A stretch of DNA of 63,869 bases, counting the filler, from Reclinomonas americana ATCC 50394 (taxonomy: Eukaryota), in assembly GCA_048213135.1 (NCBI GenBank). It is 7 parts of 2 records of this genome, joined end to end, with 100 filler letters (N's around TTAATTAATTAA, not from the genome) between each part and the next. Parts side by side here need not be neighbours in the genome. Positions count along the whole stretch, not along the records: positions 1 to 31,859 come from PS015039.1; 6 more parts are not named here. One strand, 5' to 3'. Both the position numbers and the translations under genes were made by a program. Position 1 is the stretch's first letter. Every line of letters starts with the position of its first letter. The notes under the pieces were generated by a model. It saw nothing but the letters and a program-made list of their open reading frames with translations, was not told where the DNA came from and did not search any database. Shown here piece after piece: positions 1 through 17,900 of the stretch.

Positions 1-3000
1 TCGACGCTGGAGTCGATTGTACAAACAGTGCCGCGTCGCGCCAAGACATTGCGCGCGGTGGCCGGCACACTGGGTGCCACGACCGGTCGTCTGCAGGGCG
101 CGCTCATCGCCATGTACCGCGCCTTCAATCGCCTCTTCACGTTTGTGTTTTCGGAGAGTGACACTGGTGGCCGGAACGAGGAAGTTGCGTGTCGATGACA
201 CACCGCTCTCTCGCCAGTGTTGGCTCATATTGTTCTGTTTTTCCTCGCAGGTGGTTGCTGCCTTTGGGTATTTGCGCGAGTACGCAACCAAGCTACTCTC
301 CGGCAACAACGCCGACGACTCATTCCTTGCGTCGCTTGTCGTCGAGCTGCGACGACTGCTGGATCTCAGTGACCCTGTGCTGCGAAAGGGCGCCGCAGAG
401 TCGTGGAAGATCGTGATTGAGATGAAGCGACAGGAGCTGCGGGAGCTGCTGGTGTACAAGACCGCCGGTGGCGAGCAGCGCTCACTAATTGACGACGGCC
501 TGGACTTTTTGGCCTCGGATCCTCTCATCTTCTGGGAGTGGTACCGGGAGCACACGGCGCAGGTGGATGCCGTTTTCAAGGACACGGTGATGCCGTTCTG
601 GACGCAGCGACAGGAACACGAGCGGTCGTTGATGTTGAACAGCACCAAGCGCATGGAGGATCAGCAACGACAGAAGCGCAAGCGACACACGTTGCACGAC
701 ACGACGTGGGCCACGCGTTTGGCCGAGTTTGTGCGCGCCAAGGACTCGCTGCTGCAGACCTCGCTGCTGGACGAAATGGAGCGGCAGCGTCGTCAGCGTC
801 GTATGGCATACGATCGCTACCGCTTTGCGTGGGAGCAGTGGAAGACTTTGCGCCAGGAGATCAGGCGACCTCGCGCTGCCTGGGAGGTCTGTGGTGTCTG
901 TCGTGTGTGTAATGTGATGGTGGTAATTTGTTTATTTTTGCTGACACTGCATATTTGCTGCAATCGCAGTACAAGTCGAACAAGGCTCGTCGGTGGCGGT
1001 TGGACTACACCGAAGGACCCGATCGCATGCGTCTCAAGCTGGAACCGTATCCCGACGAAGACGAAGAGGAGGGAGCGAGTGCGGCGGAAATTGCGGCCGC
1101 TGCGGCTCGTGCCGGCATGAAGGCGGAGAAGTCGTCGAGTGCGACCAGCCTGCGCCGTGGCAGCCGCCCTGTGTCTCCGTTTGCTGGCAGCGACAACTCT
1201 GGTAGCTCACCCAACGGGTCACCACCACGCACTGCCGGTGTCGAAGGTCCGTCGGACGGCACGTCGCCGTTGTCGGTGGCGGTGCCAGCTGCTGGCAGCA
1301 GTGACTCGTTGCATCTGACGGTGATGCCGTCCGCCACGGGTCCCTTGACGCCGGAAGCTGGATCACCAGCGGTCAGCACACCGACCGATTTTGCCAGCGA
1401 GCAGGGGTCGCCCTTGTCGCGCGCCAGCTCTCTGCCGGCTGGCCCTCTGCCGTTGTCGTTGGGCGGCGAACACGAGTCGTCCACCGGCTCGCCCGATTTC
1501 CTGCTGACGTCAGCCCAGCGCGCCAAGTTGGTGGCGCTTTACGAGGGTCGCTCGGCGCAAGCGGGCGCCGAAGGGGTTGACGAAGATCCCGCAGACGACG
1601 CGGTGTTGGTATTCGACGCCGATTCGGGTGGGTCGGACGACAGCGACCGCGAGGGTGCGTCGCCGTCGGTCGAGGCCCTCCGAAACGAGCTCGGCGGTCC
1701 AAGTGCTATGCGTTCTCCGTCGCCGCTGGTGGTGCGTCATTGTCTCTCCATTGCTTTTCCCCCGTTCAAGTGTGTTTTTGTTGGTGCTCACATTGTATTT
1801 GTGTATGCGTGTGTTGCGCGGTTGCAGTCGCAGTCGGAGAAGCAGGCGCGACGCAAGTCCAAGCGGTTCACGCGGTTGGAGGGCATCAATCGACCCGAAC
1901 CGCTGACACTGCCGCCAGCATCCACCGCCGCTCTGGTGGGCCCGGCAGCGCGCGGCTCGCGCACGCCAGATGCCACCAGCTCGAGTTCCAACGCGGCATC
2001 TGTGCGACGCAGTCTGAAGCCCAAGGGCCGTCGTCAGCTGTCGATTGATCTCTCCAAGACACTGCAGTCGGGTGATATGTCGTCGCCCGAGGAGGGTGGT
2101 CATGGCCTACTGGATGTGGACGGTGCGGCCGACCATTTCTTGGAGGAAAGCTTCGAGTCGACCGACCTGGCCGGCGTGATTGGTGCGGCGGCTGCGGCCG
2201 CCTCTCTCGGTGAGCACCCTGGTGACGCAGGATCGTCGAGCGGCTCGCCGCTGCAAGGTGCGCCGCTCGAGCAATACCACCACCAGCGGCCGTTGCTGCC
2301 GCCGCTGCCGTCGGGGAACATCCCGCTTGCGGACGGCACTTCGCTGGCGTTCATGGCCGACGATGCACCGCCGTCTGCAACGGGCGATCGTTCGACCGCG
2401 ATTGGCACGGCCGAGGACTTCCACGCCGCTGGCGATTTCGGTGATGAGCCGGGTGCGTCGGCGGCGGGAGAGGGCTCGGTGTCGTCGGCCTCGCCGTCCA
2501 TGCTGTCGCCTCCAGAGGCCGTCATCGAGGAAGTGGCGAGCAGCAGCGAGGCAGAGAACGAGGAGGGTGGCGAAGCTGATGAAGACGACGACGATGACGA
2601 CGAGCATGGGCACAAGCAGTTGGCGCGCTTGATTGATCGCTTGGACCGAGTGGACCCCAACACCATCTTCAACTGTGCACGCGTGCAGGGTCAGGAGGTG
2701 GTCGAGGGCGTGCTCATGGTGTGCGAGCACCACTTGTACGTGATTGACAACTATTTTGTCAACCCCAACGGCGATGTCGTGGAGGTGAGTGCGGCAGTCC
2801 TTCCTCATTTTTTTTTTTTGAAGAGCTGTTGTTTCTAACTTGCTGTCACCCCGTGCAGCTGAACGACGAACCGGAGACGGCGCCCAAGTCGTGGGAGGAG
2901 CAGATCAACGAAAGCACCAGCAGCACGGCTCACGAGAGCATTGCGGTGCGAACTCGCCAGGTGGAGCGCGAGGTCACACGCAATCGATCGGGACGCACTG

Positions 3001-6000
3001 TGTCGCACCGCGTGCGTCGATGGTCTGCCGACGAGATTCGCGAGCTGCACAAGCGGCGCTACCTGCTTCGTCCCGTCGGTCTGGAGCTGTTTTGCACCGA
3101 CGGTCGGACGTACCTGCTGCTGTTCCATTTGTCGGAGCGCGACGAAGTGCACGACCTCATCTTGTCGCGTCCACTGCCGAACCTCAACTACGGCAACTTC
3201 CTGATGGCCGACGGTGGCGCCGCACAGACCACCAACCGTGCGCGCAGCTTTGCTCGGCATTTGAAGATGTGGCTGCGTACGACGACGCAGCGGTGGCAGC
3301 GCGGCGAAATCTCCAACTTCCAGTACCTCATGTTCCTCAACACGCTGGCCGGCCGCACCTACAACGACCTCACGCAGTACCCGGTGTTCCCGTGGGTGCT
3401 GTCGGACTACCACAGCGAGGAGCTCAATCTCAACGACCCGAGCGTGTATCGCGACCTGACCAAGCCGATGGGTGCCATTGGCGCCGATCGTGCCGAGGCC
3501 TTCAAGATGCGCTACGCCGAGTGGGACGAGCCGGGTGTGCCCAAGTGGCACTACGGCAGCCACTACTCGACGGCCGGTGTGGTGATGCACTATTTGGTGC
3601 GCCTGGAGCCGTTTGCGACCCTCGCGCAGCAGCTGCAGAGTGGCCGCTTCGACCAGCCGGACCGCATCTTCCACTCGCTCGCCGACTCGTGGCTGTCGGC
3701 GTCGGAGCTGAGCATGACGGACGTGAAGGAGCTGATCCCCGAGTTCTTCTACCTGCCTGACTTCCTGGACAACATGAACGGCTTCGACATGGGCGAGCGC
3801 TCATCCGGTGTCTTTGTCGACTCGGTGCTGCTGCCGCCGTGGGCACACAACTCGCCGCGCGAGTTCATTATCAAGCACCGGCAGGCGCTGGAGAGCGAGT
3901 ACGTCAGCAAGAACTTGCACCACTGGATCGATCTCATCTTTGGCTACAAGCAGGTATGAGAGGATCTTGGTCGTTGGCCTCCATCTCCTCCGTTGTGCTC
4001 ATTCTTTCCTCTCTTTCCCGCAGCGCGGTCCCGCGGCCGAGGCAGCGCAGAATGTGTTCTACTTTTTGACGTACGAGGGCGCTGTGGACATTGACCAGAT
4101 CACCGACCCGAAGGATCGTGCGGCCGTGATTGCGCAGATCAACAACTTTGGTCAGACGCCACAGCAACTCTTCACCAAGCCGCACCCACAGCGCACAGTC
4201 AGCAGCTCGGCCGATCCGTTCTACGTGTACACTCACCCCGAGCATCTGACGCCCAAGGAGGTGCGCAAGGCCGGCGAATCGGTGTACGAAGTGCGCATCA
4301 ACTCGCTGGAGAAGGTGTTCTTTGCCGGTCCCAACGCCGTGATGATTCCACCCAAGTACAACAAGCTGGTGGCATTTGGCTTCCCGGACAACAGTTTGCG
4401 CCTCATTCGTGTGGCGAACGGGCGCACGCTGGAGGTCTACGAGGCGGCGCATGAGGGACAGGTGCGCATGAAACCACTGTCTCTCTCTCTCACACACACT
4501 ACAGCCTCGTGCTAATTGTTGTTTCGCCGACGCAGGTGTTGTGTGCGGCCATTTCCAGCGACGGCAAGATCCTGGCCACGGGCGGAGTGGACGGTATCGT
4601 GAGTGTGTGGCGTGTGGACAGACACGACGAGGTCGGTCGCAAGATTGTCCACTTGGCGCGCTTCTACGGGCACTCTGGCCCGGTGACCNNNNNNNNNNNN
4701 NNNNNNNNNNNNNNNNNNNNNNNNNNNNNNNNNNNNNNNNNNNNNNNNNNNNNNNNNNNNNNNNNNNNNNNNNNNNNNNNNNNNNNNNNNNNNNNNNNNN
4801 NNNNNNNNNNNNNNNNNNNNNNNNNNNNNNNNNNNNNNNNNNNNNNNNNNNNNNNNNNNNNNNNNNNNNNNNNNNNNNNNNNNNNNNNNNNNNNNNNNNN
4901 NNNNNNNNNNNNNNNNNNNNNNNNNNNNNNNNNNNNNNNNNNNNNNNNNNNNNNNNNNNNNNNNNNNNNNNNNNNNNNNNNNNNNNNNNNNNNNNNNNNN
5001 NNNNNNNNNNNNNNNNNNNNNNNNNNNNNNNNNNNNNNNNNNNNNNNNNNNNNNNNNNNNNNNNNNNNNNNNNNNNNNNNNNNNNNNNNNNNNNNNNNNN
5101 NNNNNNNNNNNNNNNNNNNNNNNNNNNNNNNNNNNNNNNNNNNNNNNNNNNNNNNNNNNNNNNNNNNNNNNNNNNNNNNNNNNNNNNNNNNNNNNNNNNN
5201 NNNNNNNNNNNNNNNNNNNNNNNNNNNNNNNNNNNNNNNNNNNNNNNNNNNNNNNNNNNNNNNNNNNNNNNNNNNNNNNNNNNNNNNNNNNNNNNNNNNN
5301 NNNNNNNNNNNNNNNNNNNNNNNNNNNNNNNNNNNNNNNNNNNNNNNNNNNNNNNNNNNNNNNNNNNNNNNNNNNNNNNNNNNNNNNNNNNNNNNNNNNN
5401 NNNNNNNNNNNNNNNNNNNNNNNNNNAGTGTGTTTGTGTCGTCACCGTGGTCGATGGTGCTGTCGGGCTCGGAGGACGGCACGGCCATTGTGTGGGACTT
5501 GAATCGACGGCGATTTGTGCGCCAACTCGGTCAGCTGCGTGTGGATGATGGCTTGCCTCGGCGCAGTCGCCTGCTGCACCAGCAGCAACTCGGTACTGCG
5601 GGAGGCGGAGGAGCGTCGGCCCAGCGAGCTGGCTCACCTGAGCCGGCCTCCAACGGCACGCCAGCCGAGCCACCGCGCCATCGCACCGGTCACGGCGGCA
5701 GTGCAGCGCCGCTGCATCCGCATCCGCAGGCCGTGTCGTGTGTGTACGTGAACGAGGACTCTGGTGATTTGATCACGTGCAGCAGTGGCACGCTGAACGT
5801 GTGGAGCGCCAATGGAGAACTGTTGCACTGCAAGCTCACGTCCCTGCAATGGCGCGAACGCATCACGGCGGTGACTGTGTCTCGCGGTCCGCCGTGGGAT
5901 GAGCGCAACATGATTGTGACGGGTCACCAGGACGGCGTGCTGCGTGTGTGGTCGGTTCTGCTGCCGTCGGACTCGGCCAAGTTTGAGCGTTCGCGTTCGC

Positions 6001-7091
6001 CCACCATTCTCGACATTGTCGGCAAGGAGCAGCGGTCGCGCTCCCGGTCGGGATCGGTGTCGGGTGCACCGCCACCCCTGGCTCGCGTCAGTGGCAGTGC
6101 GAGTGCGGGGGCGGTAGACATTTTTGGCGACCCGCCGATGCTGGCACCGGAGACGGGCGAGTTGCCGAGACCAGCCATGACCGGAGCCGGCGGCGACTCA
6201 ACTGCCGATCTCACGCTCGACGTGCCAGTCTCCTCCGACGGCGTGCCCATGACGGCGGAGGCGCTGGCCGAACAAGCGATTGTCAGCACCAACTCGGTTC
6301 GCTGCCTGCCCGACGTGGGCACCAACAACGGCGCGTTGCTGCGCGAGACACCTCGCGAGCTCGTTCTGCGGTGCATGAAGCACGGCCATCAGGCGGCCGT
6401 CACCGCACTGTGCTCGTCCAAATCGAACCGCAAGATGGCCAGTGGCGACGCTGCGGGTGTCGTGCTGCAATGGGAGCTGCCGCAAGAGGGGCAGACGGAC
6501 TTTTGGATCGAGGACCAGCTGGTGGAGGAGTGTGCTCGATGCAAGAGCAAGTTCTCCGCCATCAACCGGAAGCATCACTGCCGCAATTGCGGTCGTGTGG
6601 TGTGCGGCTCGTGCTCGGATCGGAAGCAGAGGTGAGTGTGTGTCTGTGTGGGAGAGGGAGANNNNNNNNNNNNNNNNNNNNNNNNNNNNNNNNNNNNNNN
6701 NNNNNNNNNNNNNNNNNNNNNNNNNNNNNNNNNNNNNNNNNNNNNNNNNNNNNNNNNNNNNNNNNNNNNNNNNNNNNNNNNNNNNNNNNNNNNNNNNNNN
6801 NNNNNNNNNNNNNNNNNNNNNNNNNNNNNNNNNNNNNNNNNNNNNNNNNNNNNNNNNNNNNNNNNNNNNNNNNNNNNNNNNNNNNNNNNNNNNNNNNNNN
6901 NNNNNNNNNNNNNNNNNNNNNNNNNNNNNNNNNNNNNNNNNNNNNNNNNNNNNNNNNNNNNNNNNNNNNNNNNNNNNNNNNNNNGGTGATGTTTGTGGAG
7001 CTGACGTCCTGGCTGCAGGATTCCCGATCTCGGCTTCTTCGACGCCGTGCGTGTGTGTGAAGACTGCTTCGAGTTGCTCGGCAGCATGTGA
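1..7091 (+). CDS. BEACH domain protein, WDFY3/ALFY-like (PH-BEACH-WD40-FYVE); multi-exon, 5' end outside window, two N gaps
   Basis: PH-BEACH motifs (HKRRYLLRPVGLELF; TQRWQRGEISNFQYLMFLNTLAGRTYNDLTQYPVFPWV; HYGSHYS; DVKELIPEFFY; WIDLIFGYKQ), WD40 repeats and a C-terminal FYVE (WIED..CARC..F..INRKHHCRNCGRVVCGSCS, spliced to VRVCEDC), stop at 7089-7091. GT-AG introns restore the frame. Confidence 0.93.
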
Positions 7092-7280
7092 AAAGAAGCA
7101 ACAACAACTACTACTATAATCAAATGAGAGGGTAATTAGCGATGGTGTGTGTGGAATAAAGGCGAAACTGTTATGGTGAAGTCGACGTTGATATTGGTGT
7201 CACTCGTCCTCTCTTGCACTTTCCTCTCAGTGTGCCCGCGCGTGCATTGTGGTGTCTTTCCTTCTCGCAACAACGGCAAC

Positions 7281-9058
<1,778 letters not shown>

Positions 9059-9217
9059 TCATGTTAATGGAGGGCGGTGGTCAGTGGAATGCTGTGTGTC
9101 GGGGTCCTCTGCCTTTTTATTCACTGCCAACGAAGGGGAGCGAGCAGGCACACGAGGATGACCGACAAGAGCAGAACAACACACACGGGAGACAGGCTGA
9201 TCGAAGGATTGCCTCGC

Positions 9218-11681
<2,464 letters not shown>

Positions 11682-11695
11682 GTGATCTCCTTTTT

Positions 11696-11735
<40 letters not shown>

Positions 11736-11930
11736 GAGGGAGGCTGTCCAGTGGGATCGCAGCACTCTTGCGCGCACCAGTCAACAATGAGAACTGATAT
11801 TGTGTTGAGCGGCAGGACACGACTGAGACAACTCAATCCATATTTCGTTGTTCATTGCATAAAAGCTTTCAAGGAGAAGAGGGTCCGTGAGGAGGATGCG
11901 GCGGTTGATGCCGGGCAACAGAACCACTCG

Positions 11931-14900
11931 CTATCGCACTGCGAATGCTGTCACGAAGTTGTCTGCGCGCGAGGCCATGTAGATCAGCACCCGTGCAACA
12001 CAAAGACGACACTCATGGTGTAGGAGGTCGTAACGATACAGCGTCGCGTTGGCGGTCTTCCAGGGAGTCCCATTGCAGAATGCGATCGAATTGTAGCAGT
12101 GCTTCGTTGACATCGCCTTGGCCGTGATGCGCGCGGCCGACAATGATGGCGGCCTCCACGTGACGCGGCAGTCGCTCGAGAATAAGCTCGGCTTCGGACT
12201 TGGCCGCCGCGAAGCGCTGGCGACGAAGCTGACACTCAGCGGTACGCAGACGAAGCGAAACTGTACGGCTGACCACCGTCTCCGTCGACGGTTGTTTGTC
12301 TGCAGCAGCAACTACTTCAGGCTGTCGCGTGCATGCACACTGCAACAATTGGTCCTTCTTACACACCAAGTTTCTGCAACGCGTGCTGGAAGCAGCGGAG
12401 TGCCTGAGCATAGTCGCCAGCATCAATGGCGGCGTGACCTTGTCGTTCCCACTCCTGCGGATCGCGAACACAGGTCCATCAGAAACAACAGACACCACAG
12501 CAGCTCAGCGGCAGCAACTGACACTTGCCTCGATGTCTTCCGAAACAGGCAGCCCTTCTCCCATGCCACTCAGCATCGCGCCACCTTGTGCGACTTCTGT
12601 AAGCTCGCCAGCAAGCAGAGCAAAGTTGCCGTGTCGGGCAAAGTCAACGGCATTCTTCGCGTATTCGCAGAGTTGCGGATGTGGTGGTACGTGAGTGCAT
12701 TGCACTGACACACACACATAGAGAAACACAGGAGCGATGCACAAACCATGTGCAGCACCGAGTCGCACCGAAGCACCAGTTCAGGTTGCAGCCGTGCCAA
12801 ATAAAGCGCCGCTTCTCGATTGCCCTTTCTGTGGCCGACATCAGCGACGACTGTTTCAAGCAAGCCACGGTAGCAAAGTGACGCAACAAGGCAGCAATCG
12901 TCACAGGCAGCACGTGATTGTCAGCCTCCATGGCCACGGTGGCCGGATTGCACTCTGCGAGCAGTCGAACGCACTCCACAGATCCTTGCTGAGCTGCCAG
13001 GTGGATCGGCAGCCACGTGCGCGGATCCATCGCCAGTGCATAGTGGGGGGCGAATTCGAGAAGCGCGGCTAGCACCTCATAGTTGCCCTTGTTGGCGGCC
13101 AGATGTGCGGGACAGCGCTCGGCCTGAACGTGCACAGTGTCGGGACACAGCTCGCACACCAGCCGTACCAGAGCCGCCGTATCTTGCCGCAGTGCCAACA
13201 CGTGCAGAATTGTGAGAGACTCTTGAAACATGTGCACGCCCAGTGCAGGGTTCATGGTCAGCAGCGTGCGAATGGCCTCCATGTGGTTGCGAGCAGCGGC
13301 TACCAGCAGACAACAATGGCCGTCGCCGTCCTCCACCAGCGCCATTTCGATGCCACCGAACGCCAACAACAACTGCAATATCTCGGATCGCTGCTCCGTC
13401 CAGTGCTCGGCCAACACGCACAAATGAATGCAATATGTGCCAGCGTTATCGGGCAGCTGAATGGTGTTGAGGTCGGCGTCCAGCAAGATTGAGACGCACT
13501 CGGCGTGTCCACTCTGGCACGCCTGGTGGGTGGATCGATAGAAGACACTCAGGTGCGTCGCCGAATAATGTTGAGAATGCAACACACACATACCTGATGA
13601 ATCGGCAGACGACCGTCTCGCGAGGCAACACGAGCGCCAGATGGGGCACAGGCGAGCAGCATGCGCAGGACCGCTGCGTGGCCCTGCTGCGCAGCGAGGA
13701 AAATGGGAGTTCCGCCACGTGCCTCCTGCGCTAGAGCGCCTTCGGGCCATTCGGCAAGCAGACGTTCCACGGTGTCGTCATGGCCATTCTGCGCAGCAAA
13801 ATGCAGCGCTGTCCACTGGTCCTCTTCGACGCCGCGAACACGCTCCGGAGAAGCGCCTTCCAGCAATATCTCCAACATGCTCACGTGGCCAATGTTGGCG
13901 ACAGTGATCAGTGGCGTGCGCAAGCCCGCAAACCGGCAGTCTGCCAAGTCCGGGTGCTCCTGTAGCATCTGCTGGAATTTGTCGATCTTGCCGGCCACGA
14001 TTGCGCGCTCGAACGCGGCCACTGTATCGATCGAAATCAGCAAGATCGTGCGACTGTGAGTGACATGCGTCGTGGTGGACGCACCCACTGGCACGGGCAG
14101 CGTCATATTGGCAGACAATGCCGACTGCGAAGACGACGGCAACGACAGCAACGGCGACGGAGAGGGTGCAACATTGACCGAAGCGGAAGCTGACGCCGTG
14201 CCGGCAAGCTGCGCCGAATTCGGGAGCTCGCCGGCAAGCTGTGCGTGCCCCCTGTGACGTGCCACTTCCACTGGCGTGCGTCCGTCCGCATCCCTGACGT
14301 CCAGTGTCTCAGGCACGATGATAGCAAGCAGCAGTGCTGCTTTTCGATGTCCATTTTCACATGCCAAGTGCAGTAGCGTCGATCCTGCGCCACCACCACA
14401 TAATGTCAGCGATAAGAATGCACGTGCAAACAAGAATGCATGCATACCAGAATTTGTGCGGTGTCTCGCGGTTGCCGGTCGGCAGCGAATGAGTACAATG
14501 AGTGCCACTTCGTGACCAGCACTGCCGGAAAGAATGCGTGAGTACAGTTGAGCGCAGCACATCTTTCACAACCGACACCAGAAAACCTTGCTGCAAAGTG
14601 CACCGCCAGCCAACCGCGGTGATCAGCAATCTCACAAAGCTGTGCCGCCTGCTGCACCATGTCTTGAATCACAGAGGTATCGCCAACCTGCGCAGCTTCA
14701 TGCAGTGGACATTCGTCGTCGATCTCTACGACACGCGAGCCGTCGTTCGCCGCCGGTTGTGGCGCAGTCGCCACCGCGCTCGCCAGAGCCGACACTATGG
14801 CGGCGACGGATCCACCTTTGCCCTGCTGGTTCTCACTTTGTGGCAGTCGACCACCTCCACCGCTGCCCACTGCATCGGCATCCGAAACGAGTGAGTGACT

Positions 14901-17900
14901 TCACACTGCAACTGCACCGAAGTGACATGACACACAAGGTTCACGCACCGGCTTCACGAATCGCAGCATCGAGTTGTTGCTGCGAGCCACCGGCTTTTGG
15001 CCGGACAGCAGACGCATTGTTTTGTGGCATCAGGCTGCGCAAAATGGTGGCCAGTGGCTCGGGTGACATATTGAGCGGAACGCGGCCCTGCCGATCGGCC
15101 AGCGTGATGACTTCGGGTGCGCGCAGTGCCAGCTCGGTGGCAACCGCCACAAAGCCGCGTTGTGCTGCAATGTGGAGCGCACAGTAGCCATCGTCTGCCC
15201 GTGCTCGCACACAGTCAGGGTACGCAGCGCGCAGGAGGTCCACACAAGCCAGCGAATCGCTGCATGACACAAAGTGAGCCATCAACAGAAACAACACACA
15301 AGATCAGCGGTGACTCACCACTGGGCGGCAAAGTGGATAGGAAGCCACATGTTGGCCTCTGGCACTCGCGCAGCCTCCGGGCACCGACTCAAAATGGCCT
15401 TCACAGCAAGTGCATTCCCTTTTTCCGCGGCAAAATGCAGCGGCGTCCAGTCATTGGGCTGGTGCGGAGTCATCGCCGTTTCCGGGGCGCGGTCAAGTAG
15501 CAGCTCAATGACTTCGGCGTTGTCGGTAACCGCGGCCAAGTGGATGGGAAGACTGCCCTTGGCGTTCGGCAACAAAGCCATACTGGGATTGCAGTCCAGT
15601 AGCACTCTCATGACGTGCGGATATCCCTTCTGGGCGGCCACGTGGGTGCCGAGCGACTGTGATTGACCGCGCGGCACGAGGAGAGACTCGGGGAATCGTT
15701 CGGCCAAGTAGCGCACGGTGTCGGCATGCCCGTTCTGCACCGCCGCTTGGAGAGGCGTCCTTTGTCACAACAGATTATCAACGAACGGTGAGAGTTGCCA
15801 CACACTGCGAAAATCACTTGTCACTCACCGCCCGTCGTCACACTGGATCTTGTTGGCCTCCGGGCACGCCTCCACAATCACACGCACGCATTCCAGATGT
15901 CCGCCTTGCGCTGCCAGATCGAGACACGTGGCGCCGCCCTGTCGACAGGAGAGCGCGGTTGCATTATAGTTAGGTTGGTGAATAGCATACACACAAACAC
16001 ACACTAGAACGCGCTCCAACCTTGAGCTCCTGCATTAAGGCCATTGACGGATCGTACTTTAGCAGCAGTCGAACCACGTCCGAATAGCCGAACTGAGCCG
16101 CCAAGTGCGCACTGCTCCAGTTGAGCTGCTCGACGGTGCGAACCATGTCCGGATCGGCTGCCAGAAGCACTTCCAGGCACGCAACAGCGTTCTCCTCCGA
16201 CGCGGTGTGCAGTGGTAGGCGGCCGCGATAGTCCGCCGTGTACAGCATGCCCGGGAAGACGTTCAGCAGAGCCAATGCACACTTGGGCGAATTGGCTTTC
16301 GCGGCACAATGAAGCGGCGTAAGACCATTGGAGTCTTGCAGTTGACCAGCATCGGCGCCCATGTTGAAGCGTACGAGCACTTCGAGGATGGCCTCAACGC
16401 ACTCGTCGAATCCATTAAAGGCGGCCACGTGCAGCGGCGTCGGGAGTGCACTAAATGGACTGACAGCCAGCGCCAAGTGCGGCGCCGTGGCGAGAATGAA
16501 GCGAATGATTTCCGGCTGACAGTTCTGCGCGGCCACAATCACGGGCGAGGCCACCAAGACTTCTGGGTCGCGCAGCAGTCGCAGCTGCTCGGGGGTCTCC
16601 AGCAGCAGTCGCACAGCCTCCACGCTTCCGCACTGGCAGGCCAGCGGCAGTGGAGTCCAGTTCTTCGTGTCGGCAATGGTGACAGCGTCCGGCGCCAGCT
16701 CCAGCAGATACTTGATTGCTTCGGCATAACCAGAATACGCCGCCAAGTGCAACGCCAGTCGACCGCTCGAATCGGGGATTCGCAGCGTGTCGGGATCCAT
16801 CAGACCCAAGAAGCGACTGGCCACTGCATGGCCGTGCAGGCATGCCGTATGAAGTGGCAGGAGACTGGTGTCGCCGCGCGTGCGACGAGTCAGCGAGTGG
16901 TCCTGTCGCAGAAGCACAGACAGCACGGCCGCCTGCCCGCGCTCAGCGGCCGCGTGTGCAATCGAACCGCGTTTCGTTAGTCGATCAATCATCCCAGGCT
17001 GGGAACGCAGCAGCTGCATGACGAGCGGAACGTAGCCGCATCCAACGGCCACCTGGAACAGCTCGAACATATTCGATTCGGCAAGTACGAGGCTGCCCGG
17101 ACTCAGTCGGTGCAGCCCATGCAGACGCTCGGGGTCGTTACTCTTCGCCGCCGACACCACGCAGGCACCAAAGTCAGCTTCCGGCGTGCCGCCCACGGCC
17201 CACTGCAGCAGGAAGTCGTGATCGCGAGTATCGTCAACGGCGAAGCAGGAGAGTCGACCATCACGGCCGCCGACGAGCACACGGCCCAGCTGTCGTCCGT
17301 CGAGCGTTGGCGAAAGCGGCGCAGGCACCACACCGGATACACAGTCGGCTTGTCGCACGAAGCCACGCTCAACGCGCGGACGATTTTCCAACGAAAGCAA
17401 TCGCACCGCACCGTCGGCAGAGCTGACGGCCAGGAGCGGCAGAGCACTCGCCACACCCGACGGCACCATGCAAATACCACTAATGGGCGATCGCGCGACT
17501 CCGACACCGGCTTCTCGATGCACAGACGATGGCGGCTGTCGGAAGCGCTCCGCAGGTGACATGGACGATTCGAGATCGATGCCGTACCTTACCACCGTCA
17601 CCGAGCCGTCGCTCGATCCAATTACCAGTACCACCTCAAACGTCTGCACCACGACCTCGACGCACGACACTACAGCCTGGTGATTCTCACCCAGCCTATA
17701 CTCGCCCAACAGCATGTCGTCCATGTCGCTGCCGGAGAGATCGAGAAAGCGGAGCACATTGTCAAGTGCTGCTGTCACCAGCATAGTGCCGTCAAACACC
17801 GGCACCACACATATCACATAGTCGCCGTGCGGCAACATCTCGTGCAGTGGATCCAGCCACAAACTTGTTTTCCAGTCACCGCCACGCTCGCCACCGACAC

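Noticed and set aside
2835-3760. Overlapping antisense and alternate-frame ORFs (here and over the NLR, WD40 and Pro-rich genes)
   Set aside because: Shadow ORFs from GC-rich codon usage of the real genes, with no motifs.
3934-6635. Long ORFs in the track spanning X runs (also 27553-28551, 49167-50427)
   Set aside because: Their length comes from N gaps.
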